Source: Polyangiaceae bacterium
GTDB lineage: Bacteria > Myxococcota_A > Polyangia > Polyangiales > Polyangiaceae
DNA: 64,000 nucleotides
Direction: 5' to 3'
Assembly: GCA_044376115.1 (NCBI GenBank)
Contig: JBILLK010000005.1
Span: forward strand, 96,001 to 160,000
Shown here: positions 19,044 through 27,580 of the stretch, in pieces
How the letters are laid out: each line of letters opens with the position of its first letter
Position numbering within the stretch: the first letter of the stretch is position 1
The notes under the pieces: model-generated
The model's input: only the letters and a program-made list of their open reading frames with translations
Told to the model about the DNA's origin: nothing
Database searches by the model: none
Translations under genes and position numbers: made by a program

Positions 19044-20420
19044 CTACGTCTTCGTGGCTTTGCCCCGTGAAGTAACTCCGTACTCACTAAGGCGATATTG
19101 AATTGTTCTGACGCTAATGCCTAAAAGATCTGCCGCTTTGGCAGTGGAACCGTCACACACTTCCAACGAAGCCAAGATGGCATACCGTTCAATCTCTGCC
19201 ATGGTTGATCCAGGGATCCTGACTGCGCCGCGGGCGACCGGGGCGATCTCCGTGGGGAGATCCTTGTCTTCGATCTGTTCCGAAGAAGAAAGAACAACCG
19301 CCCGCTCAATGGCATTCTCGAGCTCGCGTACGTTGCCGGGCCACCGATGGGCAAGAAGCTGTGCCCTCGCTGCATCAGAGAATGCTCGGATCTCTTTCCC
19401 GTTTTCGTCCGCATATCGACGTAAAAAGTGACTAGCGAGCAAGAGAATGTCCCCATCACGCACTCGCAGAGGTGGCATTTCAAGGTGCACTACTCGGAGC
19501 CGATAATAAAGGTCTTCGCGAAAACGCCCGGCCTCGACTTCGGCGATTAGGTTTTTGTTTGTCGCTGCCACGACCCTGACGTCCACATGGATGGTCTCGT
19601 TGCCGCCCACGCGTTCAAGGTTGCGTTCCTGAAGAACGCGCAGCAACTTGACTTGGGTAGAGAGTGATATCTCAGCGACTTCGTCGAGAAATAGCGTTCC
19701 GCCCTCGGCGAGCTCAAACTTGCCGATACGGCGTTTTTCGGCGCCCGTAAAGGAGCCACGCTCGTGTCCGAATAGCTCGCTCTCGAGAAGCGACTCGGTA
19801 AGCGCTGAGCAATTGAGTTGGACAAACGACTTTCCACGACGGGGGCTTAGCTCATGGAGTGCCCGAGCAAGCTCCCCTTTTCCGGTCCCGCTCTCCCCCG
19901 TGATCAACACCGTTGCGCGCGAGGGGCCCACTTTGCGAGCTACTTGATAGACCTTCTGCATCGCTGGGCTAGCACCTACCAACGCTCCAAGGCCAACTCC
20001 GCCATCCTCCCGGACCTGACGGCGGAGCGTTTCGGTTTCGGCTGTCAGCGCTGCGTGCGCGAGTGCTCGGCGAATAGCAAACCCGAGTACGTCGAAGTCG
20101 ATGGGCTTCGTGAGAAAGTCCTGGGCACCGGCCTTCATTGCTCGCACCGCCCCCGCGACTTCGCCGAAGGCCGTAACCACCAGGACTGGCATCTCTGGCC
20201 AGCGAGCTCGCAGCTTCTCCACCAACTCGATCCCGTCCATCCCCGGCATCCTCATGTCGGTGATGACGAGGTCTGGTGCCTCTTCATCCGCAAGCGCCAA
20301 CGCGCGAGGGCCATCGGGGGCACTAACCACCGAGTATCCCTCGTGGCGGAGGAGCTTCTCAAGTCCACTACGGGCGCTGGGCTCGTCGTCTACGACGAGG
20401 AGTTTGCTCTCTCTGCTCAT
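19044..20420 (-). CDS. Sigma-54-dependent response regulator (NtrC family: REC-AAA+-Fis HTH)
   Basis: [49 protein letters not shown]-terminal HTH. Confidence 0.95.
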   Translation of the reverse strand: MSRESKLLVVDDEPSARSGLEKLLRHEGYSVVSAPDGPRALALADEEAPDLVITDMRMPGMDGIELVEKLRARWPEMPVLVVTAFGEVAGAVRAMKAGAQDFLTKPIDFDVLGFAIRRALAHAALTAETETLRRQVREDGGVGLGALVGASPAMQKVYQVARKVGPSRATVLITGESGTGKGELARALHELSPRRGKSFVQLNCSALTESLLESELFGHERGSFTGAEKRRIGKFELAEGGTLFLDEVAEISLSTQVKLLRVLQERNLERVGGNETIHVDVRVVAATNKNLIAEVEAGRFREDLYYRLRVVHLEMPPLRVRDGDILLLASHFLRRYADENGKEIRAFSDAARAQLLAHRWPGNVRELENAIERAVVLSSSEQIEDKDLPTEIAPVARGAVRIPGSTMAEIERYAILASLEVCDGSTAKAADLLGISVRTIQYRLSEYGVTSRGKATKT

Positions 20421-21655
20421 GTGGGCTCCGCGGCACGTAAGCGCACCGAGAAAACCGTGCGGCCCGGTCTGCTTACGAACCCGAGCGTTCCGTCGTGGTC
20501 ACTCACGATTCGATGGGCAATAGAAAGACCAAGGCCCGTTCCAGCGGCCTTTGTCGTGAAGAACGGATCAAAGATGGGCATGGATGAATCGGGAATTCCG
20601 ATCCCATCGTCCTCTACTTGGACCGCACAGGTCGTTGCATCCTTCATCGTCCTCACCACTACGCTACCGCCCTTCTCGCACGCGTCGATCGCATTCCGGA
20701 CGAGGTTCAACAGTACCTGTGTGAGTTTGTCGACGTCCGCATTGACCGTACCTAGCGGACCGACCGCAGAAATCGAGACGCCCTTCGTTGCGGCATCAGC
20801 GCTCATCGTCGCCACGACTCGATCCGAGAGTTCGCGTAGGTCGGCTGGACGCAACGAGAGAGGTTGCGGTCGCGCGAAGTCGAGGAACTCGGTGACTAAG
20901 TTCGACAGTCGGTGCACCTCACGCTTTGTCACCTGAATCGCTTCTACCAGCTCTTGGGTCGGCACCCGCTTGTTCTCGAGCCCGCGCTCAACCAGGGTAA
21001 GGTGGAGCTGCGCCCCGTTTAAGGGGTTGCGGATCTCGTGGGCGAGGCCTGCCGCCAGGGTGCCGATCGCGGCTAATCGGTCCGCTCTTCTGCTGGCCTG
21101 GACGCGTTCGGCTTCTTGCGCTCGGTGGAGCAGAGCCCAGAAATAACTATCGAGCATCGCCGCAAGCTCAAGGTCTAAGGCGCGGTTGACTGCGCTCATG
21201 GTGGCGTCAAACATCGCGCTATTGCTGGCCCGGATGACTCGAGCAAGCTCCAGCCGAATGACGTTCATGCCCGTCAGCATGTAACGCTGCGGTAGACCAA
21301 CGGCGACATGGACATGCCCGATCTTGCTGGTCTCAGCGAAGTAAGCCTCGTCGTACGGGCCCGAGAAAACTCTGCAAAGCCAGCGTTGAAGCGAGCCTTT
21401 TTGGCGTTCAATCTGCGCCTCGTCGCGGAAGACAGCGAGGGCGTCGGGATGTCTGCGAATCCGACGGTAGAACTCTGCCGCGATTTCCTCTGTGTTCTCG
21501 AGAACTACCGGCCGAATCTGGGCAAGTAGTTGTTCGTCCTCCGCGTCGAATCCAACGTAGCGACGGAGCTCCTCAAATCGCGATTCTCCCATAGATGCGT
21601 TCCGGTCCAACTCCTGAGCCAGCACAGAGCCGGTCCGTTTTTCTACGCCCTCCAT
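20417..21655 (-). CDS. Globin-coupled (protoglobin-type) sensor histidine kinase
   Basis: N-terminal globin sensor ('YVGF...EFYRRI...WL...SGPYDEAY...[10 protein letters not shown]'). H-box AHEIRNPL, N-box NLVRNA, DDGIG, FFTTK, GTGLGL. Start is 21655 or 21592. Confidence 0.88.
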   Translation of the reverse strand: MEGVEKRTGSVLAQELDRNASMGESRFEELRRYVGFDAEDEQLLAQIRPVVLENTEEIAAEFYRRIRRHPDALAVFRDEAQIERQKGSLQRWLCRVFSGPYDEAYFAETSKIGHVHVAVGLPQRYMLTGMNVIRLELARVIRASNSAMFDATMSAVNRALDLELAAMLDSYFWALLHRAQEAERVQASRRADRLAAIGTLAAGLAHEIRNPLNGAQLHLTLVERGLENKRVPTQELVEAIQVTKREVHRLSNLVTEFLDFARPQPLSLRPADLRELSDRVVATMSADAATKGVSISAVGPLGTVNADVDKLTQVLLNLVRNAIDACEKGGSVVVRTMKDATTCAVQVEDDGIGIPDSSMPIFDPFFTTKAAGTGLGLSIAHRIVSDHDGTLGFVSRPGRTVFSVRLRAAEPT

Positions 21656-21699
21656 TCGCCAGTTTGGACGCTTGGGTGAGCGTAGACACTCGCTCCTAC

Positions 21700-21714
21700 G
21701 CAATCCTTGTGCCT
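21700..21714 (-). promoter_or_regulatory. Sigma-54 (-24/-12) promoter of the globin kinase operon
   Basis: Minus strand reads AGGCAC-AAGGA-TTGC, a near-consensus TGGCAC-N5-TTGC, 45 nt upstream of ATG 21655. Confidence 0.65.
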
Positions 21715-21829
21715 AGCAAGAGCGTACGGCCGACCGCTCTATTCATGTCCACGACGCGGCGGTTTCTGGGCTGTTTCGACGTTTGATGTGTTGAGGTCAA
21801 GGTGACAATCGAGCGCGGCCAACGGGCGG

Positions 21830-21863
21830 ACGCAAACATTGCGTTTGCATGCAGTGTTTGCGT
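21830..21863. promoter_or_regulatory. Inverted repeat / paired GCA-N5-TGC sites, candidate enhancer (UAS)
   Basis: ACGCAAACATTGC-gtttgcat-GCAGTGTTTGCGT (12/13 inverted match), ~115-150 bp upstream of the -24/-12 element; no U-tract. Confidence 0.45.
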
Positions 21864-21900
21864 TAAGCCGCCTGTTGTTCGAGTTCACACCCTCAGCTCA

Positions 21901-22311
21901 TCATTTTGAAAGACGACTGTGCAAAAGGTCGGCAAGCGCCTGGCACACGTCCACGGTGGTGATGATGCCCACAATCTTGTTGTTTTGCTCAACAATCGCG
22001 GATCCGTATTTTTTGGAGGCCATCTCCCGAACGACCTCGTCGAGCGGCGCTTCAGGGCTGACTTTATAGGTCTGTGTGGACATCGCCTCTTCCACCTTCA
22101 AGACCTCTGGGTCCACGCCTTTGAGTCCCTCAACGAGCGCAATATCGCGCTCAGTGATCATCCCAACGAGATGCCCTCCAGAGAGAACGGGTAGGTGTCG
22201 AATGTGATGCTCCCGCATGATTGCCCTCGCGAACGCAATCGGCTGGTCCTGGCCAATCGAGTGGGGCGAGGTCGTCATGTACTTCTGCACGGTGGGAATC
22301 GCTTTGCTCAT
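21901..22311 (-). CDS. Stand-alone CBS-pair protein
   Basis: Two CBS repeats: 'MREHHIRHLPV...LVGMITERDI' and 'MASKKYGSAIV...IVGIITTVDV'. Confidence 0.92.
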   Translation of the reverse strand: MSKAIPTVQKYMTTSPHSIGQDQPIAFARAIMREHHIRHLPVLSGGHLVGMITERDIALVEGLKGVDPEVLKVEEAMSTQTYKVSPEAPLDEVVREMASKKYGSAIVEQNNKIVGIITTVDVCQALADLLHSRLSK

Positions 22312-22323
22312 GTCCTTGGGTTC

Positions 22324-22338
22324 GCAAGACTTGAGCCA
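22324..22338 (-). promoter_or_regulatory. Sigma-54 (-24/-12) promoter of the CBS gene
   Basis: Minus strand reads TGGCTC-AAGTC-TTGC (GG-N10-GC), immediately upstream of the ATG at 22311. Confidence 0.55.
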
Positions 22339-22415
22339 GGCTTTCTGTGCGGAGATTTCCCTAATTCTACCTAAGGAATCGGCATATTCTTCGTTGGGCG
22401 CATTTACTGCGCCGG

Positions 22416-23855
22416 CTATGTCGATGCCGGCAGCTCTACGATGAACAGCGCACCACCAAGTCGGCCCGTTGGGCCAAGGGTGATGCTTCCTTGGGCTCGT
22501 TCAATAATGCCCCGGCAAACCGCCAAGCCGAGCCCCGTCCCTTCCCCAACGTCTTTGGTGGTTGCGAAGGGCTCAAACAATCTTTCTCGGATCGCTTCAC
22601 TGACCCCCGCTCCGTCGTCTTCGACGATGAGCTGCACCCGCTGACCTTGTGCTGCCGCTTCGATGCGGATTCTCCGGCGTGCTGCGTCGCTCGCATTGAT
22701 GAGGAGGTTCAAAAGCACCTGTTGAAGGCGCTCACCCGCAAGCTTCACGCGAGGCAAGTCGTTCGGGACAGCGTTTTCGATGTGCAGGTCCTGGAGCTTG
22801 CGCTGCGGACGGAGCAGCGCGAGTACCGTTTCTACATTGCTCGCAACCTCGGTCGACTCGCCGATCCTGTTCGCGCTGTCTGGCGAGCCTTGCCCAGTTC
22901 GCGCGAAATCGAGAAGGTCGCGAAGCACTCGGTGCACGCGGTCTGTTTCCTTCTTCATGCGTTGCAGAAAATCTCGCTCCTCCTCGCGCTCGAGACCTCC
23001 GCTGAGAAGTAGCTCTTCAAAACCCAAGATCGCCGCAATCGGGTTACCGATCTCGTGCGCGATACCAGCTGCCAACCGGCCCACGCTAGCAAGTCTCTCT
23101 GCCCGCACTATGGACTCCTGCGCATCTCGAAGCTCACGGGTGATGCGCTCGAGTTCAGCAATCTTCGAGAGGAGCAACGCCTCTTTTGCCATTAGCCTGG
23201 CCAGCATTGTTTGCAAGCTATCGCTCAACTCGCCGAACTCTTTCGTGCGACTTGCTGGGATCTCGAACGTGTTGATTCCTCCGGCAATACGACTCGCTCC
23301 GCGCGAAATCGCTTCGATCGGCTGAACTACCAACCGTGTCATCGCGAAGTAGGCAAACACCAGCAAAGCAAGCGCGATCACTCCGGTGTAGAGCGCAACC
23401 AGCCGTACAAGAGGTGTCTCGGGGAGCTCAGTAGGATCGAGCTCGACTACCATCGCCACGCTCTCCGCACGCACTGGATTGCGAACCACGATTAGCAGCG
23501 CACTCCCCTCAAGCCCGGGCGTCCGAAGCGCAGCGTCTTCTGCAGAACTCACGTGTGTGGGCAGCAGCGCGAGTGTCCCGGCCCCAGTCGTCCGGTTACC
23601 CTCGCTGTCGAACATAGCGATCGCAGAAATGCCCCCTGCCGAGAGCTGGGCCCCCAGTTGCGACTCTGACACTCCTTTGCCAGAGTCGAATAACGAACTT
23701 GCCACGCTACGACCCAGATCTTGGGCCGCATCCATGCGCGCAGCGACGAGTGATGCCTCGGTTAGTCGAGCGACGGCCAGGTACAACGGCGCGAACGCAA
23801 CCAAGAGTAACGCCCCGAGCGCGGCCAAGATTTGTAGACGAACGCCAACTCGCAA
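22416..23855 (-). CDS. Membrane HAMP-domain sensor histidine kinase
   Basis: Two TM segments, HAMP, AHEIGNP, NLLINA, DDGAG, GTGLGL. Confidence 0.92.
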   Translation of the reverse strand: MRVGVRLQILAALGALLLVAFAPLYLAVARLTEASLVAARMDAAQDLGRSVASSLFDSGKGVSESQLGAQLSAGGISAIAMFDSEGNRTTGAGTLALLPTHVSSAEDAALRTPGLEGSALLIVVRNPVRAESVAMVVELDPTELPETPLVRLVALYTGVIALALLVFAYFAMTRLVVQPIEAISRGASRIAGGINTFEIPASRTKEFGELSDSLQTMLARLMAKEALLLSKIAELERITRELRDAQESIVRAERLASVGRLAAGIAHEIGNPIAAILGFEELLLSGGLEREEERDFLQRMKKETDRVHRVLRDLLDFARTGQGSPDSANRIGESTEVASNVETVLALLRPQRKLQDLHIENAVPNDLPRVKLAGERLQQVLLNLLINASDAARRRIRIEAAAQGQRVQLIVEDDGAGVSEAIRERLFEPFATTKDVGEGTGLGLAVCRGIIERAQGSITLGPTGRLGGALFIVELPAST

Positions 23856-23942
23856 GCCGACGAGTCTACGCGGGATGTGGGTTACGGTGGTTCCTAGTTC
23901 GCTCGAAAACTGGTCCCATTCGCGAGCCCTCTGCTACGCGCC

Positions 23943-26102
23943 GTGGTCCGTCCGATGCGGCTCCTAGTCAGACTTTCCTTGGTATTTCGACGGGCTCTCT
24001 CGGGCCTTGCGCTTGTCGCTGCGCTCGTGGCGCTAGCCGGCGTCGTCGTGGCCGACGCGAGAAGTCCGCTACCGCTGGCGCTGGCATGGGCCTACGGCGT
24101 TCTTTTGGTCTTCCTCGCTGCGCGCCGCCTCGTGGAGCGTTTTCGTAAGTCGCTCGACGCAGGGGCTGAGGCTGAATTGGGCGCGTTGGCTATGTTGGGG
24201 GCCTACTTTGTCGTGGTCCGTGTTGACCGACACCTCGATTCCGACCTTTTCCCGCTGGTTTATCTTTGTTTGGCGTTGGCTAGTGCTTTCGGTCGAAAGA
24301 CGGGTCCTATCGCCGCCCTTCTTACTGGGCTTGTTTGCGAGGGCGCCATTAGGGTGGTGGCGTTTGGCGGAATAGGCCTCATTGACGGCATTCTTCACGC
24401 CTCATTCATGGTCGTCTTTACAGCATTGAACGCCGCGGTCCTGCGTACGGAGCTGGCGCGGATGCGCACGCTCTCGGAAGCCCGGCTAACCAGTGAGATG
24501 GACAACTTGCGAGCCGAGGCGCGGAGCTTTCGATTGCTCGCTCCCTCGGCACCACCCTCGCGTCCGAGTGAGGATGACAGGCTAATGCGCAGTGGCGTTG
24601 AAGAGATTCACCAGTCTGTCTTGTTTGCGCTGCGGTTGGTGAGAGACTCGCTCGGGCTCAATACAGCAATGCTGCTCTGGCAGAACGACGTGGGGTCGCA
24701 TTTGCGTATTAGCGAACTAGTCACGGACGAGCCCGACTTCGTCGAGGGCCCGTTTCTTTCCGGCGATGGCGTGTTCGGCGCCGCAATGTCCCGCGGAGAA
24801 ATCGTTAACCTGAGCGGCCTTCGACCAGGCTACAAGTTGCCCTATTACTCAGGGATATGTCCGGTAAAGGCGGTCTGCGTAATACCGGTACACGAGCATG
24901 GAAAAGTGCGCGGGCTGCTCGTTGCGGATCGCGTGCAGGAAGGTTTGTTCTTGCCGCGTGAGGAGGCCATCCTCGCGGAAGCTGCTCGCTATGCGGTTCG
25001 CGCGATCCACAACGAACGAGTGTTCTTGCAGTTGGAGCGCGGTAAGGCTGAGCAAGGGAAGCTCTATCGGGCGGCCGACCAGCTTTCCTCCGCAAAGACC
25101 GAAGAGAGCGTAATTGAAGTCGGTGTTGGAAGCGCGCGCGAGATTACCAGCGTTGACTACACCGCCCTAACCCTGTTTGACGAGAAAGAGCGTACTCACG
25201 AGATTCGCTTCATCAGTGGCGACTTCGATGAGGGAGACGGATCCGCCGTGGTCGGTGCGCGCTTTAGGTCCAATACTGGGCTCGTCTCGATGGCGCTCGA
25301 GAACCGGCACCCCTTGCCTTATCGCGGGCAATTCGACGACCGTAAGCAGGTTGTATTTACTCGTCATGTCACTCCACCCAAGATGCCCAGCATATTGGTG
25401 TTGCCGCTATCCGCTCATGACCGTCCTCTCGGCACTCTGGTGTTGGGATCTCGACGTCGCGGAGCCTTTGGCGAGAGCGTGAGAGCCACGTTAGAGGTGC
25501 TGGCAAGTCATATGGCAGTATCTCTCGAAGGCGCGCGTATGATGAAGCGGCTCGAGGAACTCGCAACAACTGACGGCCTCACTGGTCTCCTCAACAAGCG
25601 CGCCCTTCTTGAAATGGCCGAACAAAAGATAAGCGCCGCGCGTCGTTTTGGGCGTCATTTGGCTGTGCTCGTGACCGACATCGATCACTTCAAGAAGGTG
25701 AATGACAACTACGGGCACGACGTCGGCGACGTCATCATCAAAGGGCTGGGGGAAGTACTCCGACGCAATAAACGAGAGACCGACGCGGTTGCGCGCTTCG
25801 GCGGTGAAGAGTTCGTGGTGGTTTGCGAGGAGACCGATGAACGTGGCGCGATGCTCTTGGCTGAGCGCGTACGCGAGGAGCTTTCGCGGACGACGTTTAT
25901 CGCGGGTCCGGCGCCAGGCCAAGACGTGCAGCGGACGGTCACCGTGACCTGCTCCATTGGCGTGGCCACCTTCCCCGCCGCGGGACAGACTTGGGAAACG
26001 TTGTTCAAGGCAGCGGATACTGCGCTTTACGCGAGCAAACAGAACGGCCGCAATCGGACGACTTCAGCGGCGAATCTTGGGAAACCTGAGGCGGCGGCCT
26101 GA
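23943..26102 (+). CDS. Membrane GAF-GAF diguanylate cyclase
   Basis: N-terminal TM helices, two GAF-like regions, DGLTGL, DIDHFKKVNDNYGH, RETD I-site, GGEEF. Confidence 0.93.
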   Translation: MVRPMRLLVRLSLVFRRALSGLALVAALVALAGVVVADARSPLPLALAWAYGVLLVFLAARRLVERFRKSLDAGAEAELGALAMLGAYFVVVRVDRHLDSDLFPLVYLCLALASAFGRKTGPIAALLTGLVCEGAIRVVAFGGIGLIDGILHASFMVVFTALNAAVLRTELARMRTLSEARLTSEMDNLRAEARSFRLLAPSAPPSRPSEDDRLMRSGVEEIHQSVLFALRLVRDSLGLNTAMLLWQNDVGSHLRISELVTDEPDFVEGPFLSGDGVFGAAMSRGEIVNLSGLRPGYKLPYYSGICPVKAVCVIPVHEHGKVRGLLVADRVQEGLFLPREEAILAEAARYAVRAIHNERVFLQLERGKAEQGKLYRAADQLSSAKTEESVIEVGVGSAREITSVDYTALTLFDEKERTHEIRFISGDFDEGDGSAVVGARFRSNTGLVSMALENRHPLPYRGQFDDRKQVVFTRHVTPPKMPSILVLPLSAHDRPLGTLVLGSRRRGAFGESVRATLEVLASHMAVSLEGARMMKRLEELATTDGLTGLLNKRALLEMAEQKISAARRFGRHLAVLVTDIDHFKKVNDNYGHDVGDVIIKGLGEVLRRNKRETDAVARFGGEEFVVVCEETDERGAMLLAERVREELSRTTFIAGPAPGQDVQRTVTVTCSIGVATFPAAGQTWETLFKAADTALYASKQNGRNRTTSAANLGKPEAAA

Positions 26103-26624
26103 GTGGCCTTCGACAATAGCCGCGCACGTGAGATCTGGCGGCTGGGGCCCAGCTCGCTCGCCACTCTTCTACAATCAGGTTACGCGATAGCGCCCGATGC
26201 TCTCGCTGGGAAGAGCTACCGGGGCGTTTCAATCGGACTGCCATCGATTCTCATTCGGTTGACCTGGCTCACGTTCCGCAAGCGGTTTTGGCGGGAGCGC
26301 AACGGTGAACTCTGGGGACACAATGAACGTCTTGAGCAAACAGGAGTCGACGGTCCGGCTGTTCCTCCTGCGGGCGGACCTACCGTTTTCGGACCGTTCG
26401 TGGTGACGCCTGCTGCGATAGTGAACCCATTCGCCGTTACCACTGGCGTCCTACTCGACTACGGTCTGCGCCACTCGGCGTGGCACCCCCTAGCGGCGGT
26501 GCGCGACCCTCTCGTTTCTTTGCGTAGCGGCGAAGCGGACCTTTTGCTCGGCGCCACCTACCTGCAGTTCCCCTGGGGGCAGTTCCGAACGCCAAGCTTC
26601 TTCACTCTTCAGCGCGAAGATTGA
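26103..26624 (+). CDS. Hypothetical protein
   Basis: Abuts the cyclase stop codon; protein-like composition; no motif recognised. Confidence 0.6.
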   Translation: MAFDNSRAREIWRLGPSSLATLLQSGYAIAPDALAGKSYRGVSIGLPSILIRLTWLTFRKRFWRERNGELWGHNERLEQTGVDGPAVPPAGGPTVFGPFVVTPAAIVNPFAVTTGVLLDYGLRHSAWHPLAAVRDPLVSLRSGEADLLLGATYLQFPWGQFRTPSFFTLQRED

Positions 26625-26679
26625 TGGAAATGCGGAGACCACCTTGCGTTGCTCAAGGCGCGGCGCAAAGCTACCTGCA

Positions 26680-27198
26680 GTGAAAGAAGACGACCCGAAT
26701 CACAAGGCCGCTCAGCGAGCGAAAGACTCACTTCAGCGTGGTGTGGCGGACATCTTCCGGGCTGCTGAGTCCGCCGCAACGGCGGTCAGGAACGAAGCCA
26801 AGAAGACGTTCGAGTCACCCCGGAAGTCCGGTTTTACGTCGCAGATCTCGAGTGCCCCCACCGCGCTTGGAAAGGCGGTTGATGACGCAGGTCGTGAGGT
26901 CGTGCGTGCGGCAGCAGAGGTCGCGACGTTCCTTGGTGCCGGGCTAACCTCTCTCGGCAAGCGAGCTGAGGGGGTCCTCAATAACGAGCCCGCCCACAAC
27001 ACAGCAGAGGAGGGCGCTGTACAAGCAGGTAGCAAAGACGGGGACGACAGCTGGCCTCGTTCACGTGAGGAGTACGAGCGCAAATACGGCAAGGACGGTG
27101 AGGATTGGCCGCGTTCGCGTGAGGAGTACGAGCGCAAATATGGCCGCCCGCCCCGCAAGCGCGGGGATGATGAGGACCCTGGATTCAGAATTGCCTAG
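26680..27198 (+). CDS. Hypothetical protein with duplicated WPRSREEYERKYG motif
   Basis: Helical N-terminal half. The repeat copies differ only at synonymous positions in this frame. Confidence 0.7.
   Translation: MKEDDPNHKAAQRAKDSLQRGVADIFRAAESAATAVRNEAKKTFESPRKSGFTSQISSAPTALGKAVDDAGREVVRAAAEVATFLGAGLTSLGKRAEGVLNNEPAHNTAEEGAVQAGSKDGDDSWPRSREEYERKYGKDGEDWPRSREEYERKYGRPPRKRGDDEDPGFRIA
27052..27144 (+). repeat. Two-copy coding direct repeat, 54-nt period
   Basis: tggcctcgttcacgtgaggagtacgagcgcaaatacggc / tggccgcgttcgcgtgaggagtacgagcgcaaatatggc. Confidence 0.9.
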
Positions 27199-27580
27199 TT
27201 GTGCAAGCTTGGACTTCGTGTGAAGGCTTCGTGTGTAAACGATGGTCTTCGTTTGCTCACGCCCGAGCCAGCTGGATCTCCTGGATCCAACGCCGCGTAG
27301 AGCTTTAGGATCTGCTCGATCCAGCGCGAAATGGCTGCTGCCACCACTTCATTAATGTTGTCAGCGTCGCACCTCGCACCGCCAACGTGGAAGGTTGACG
27401 AATTCGCGGACATAGTTGGGTGAGCATTGGTAGATCCATCTAACGCAACCACTTTGGCCCTCAAGGTTGCCGAGCTTGTCTGGATCCGGGCTGAGTGATC
27501 CGTTGGGCGAGTTTACGGCGCCCGAAGATGTTTTTTTACGCTGGTATTGTATGGAACGCCGCGTGCGTTGAAGCCTGACG

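Noticed and set aside
19854..20936. 360 aa plus-strand ORF
   Set aside because: Antisense to the clear kinase and regulator genes; typical high-GC shadow.
21656..21703. Longest start for the globin kinase
   Set aside because: The TTG lies within the sigma-54 promoter match; a downstream ATG is preferred.
27052..27144. Direct repeat as a possible mini-CRISPR
   Set aside because: Only two copies, in frame with synonymous differences, 15-nt spacer, no cas genes.
27199..27580. Largest intergenic gap; possible riboswitch, sRNA or 89 aa ORF (27195..27464)
   Set aside because: No RNA family motif or convincing protein recognised by eye; an Rfam search would be needed.
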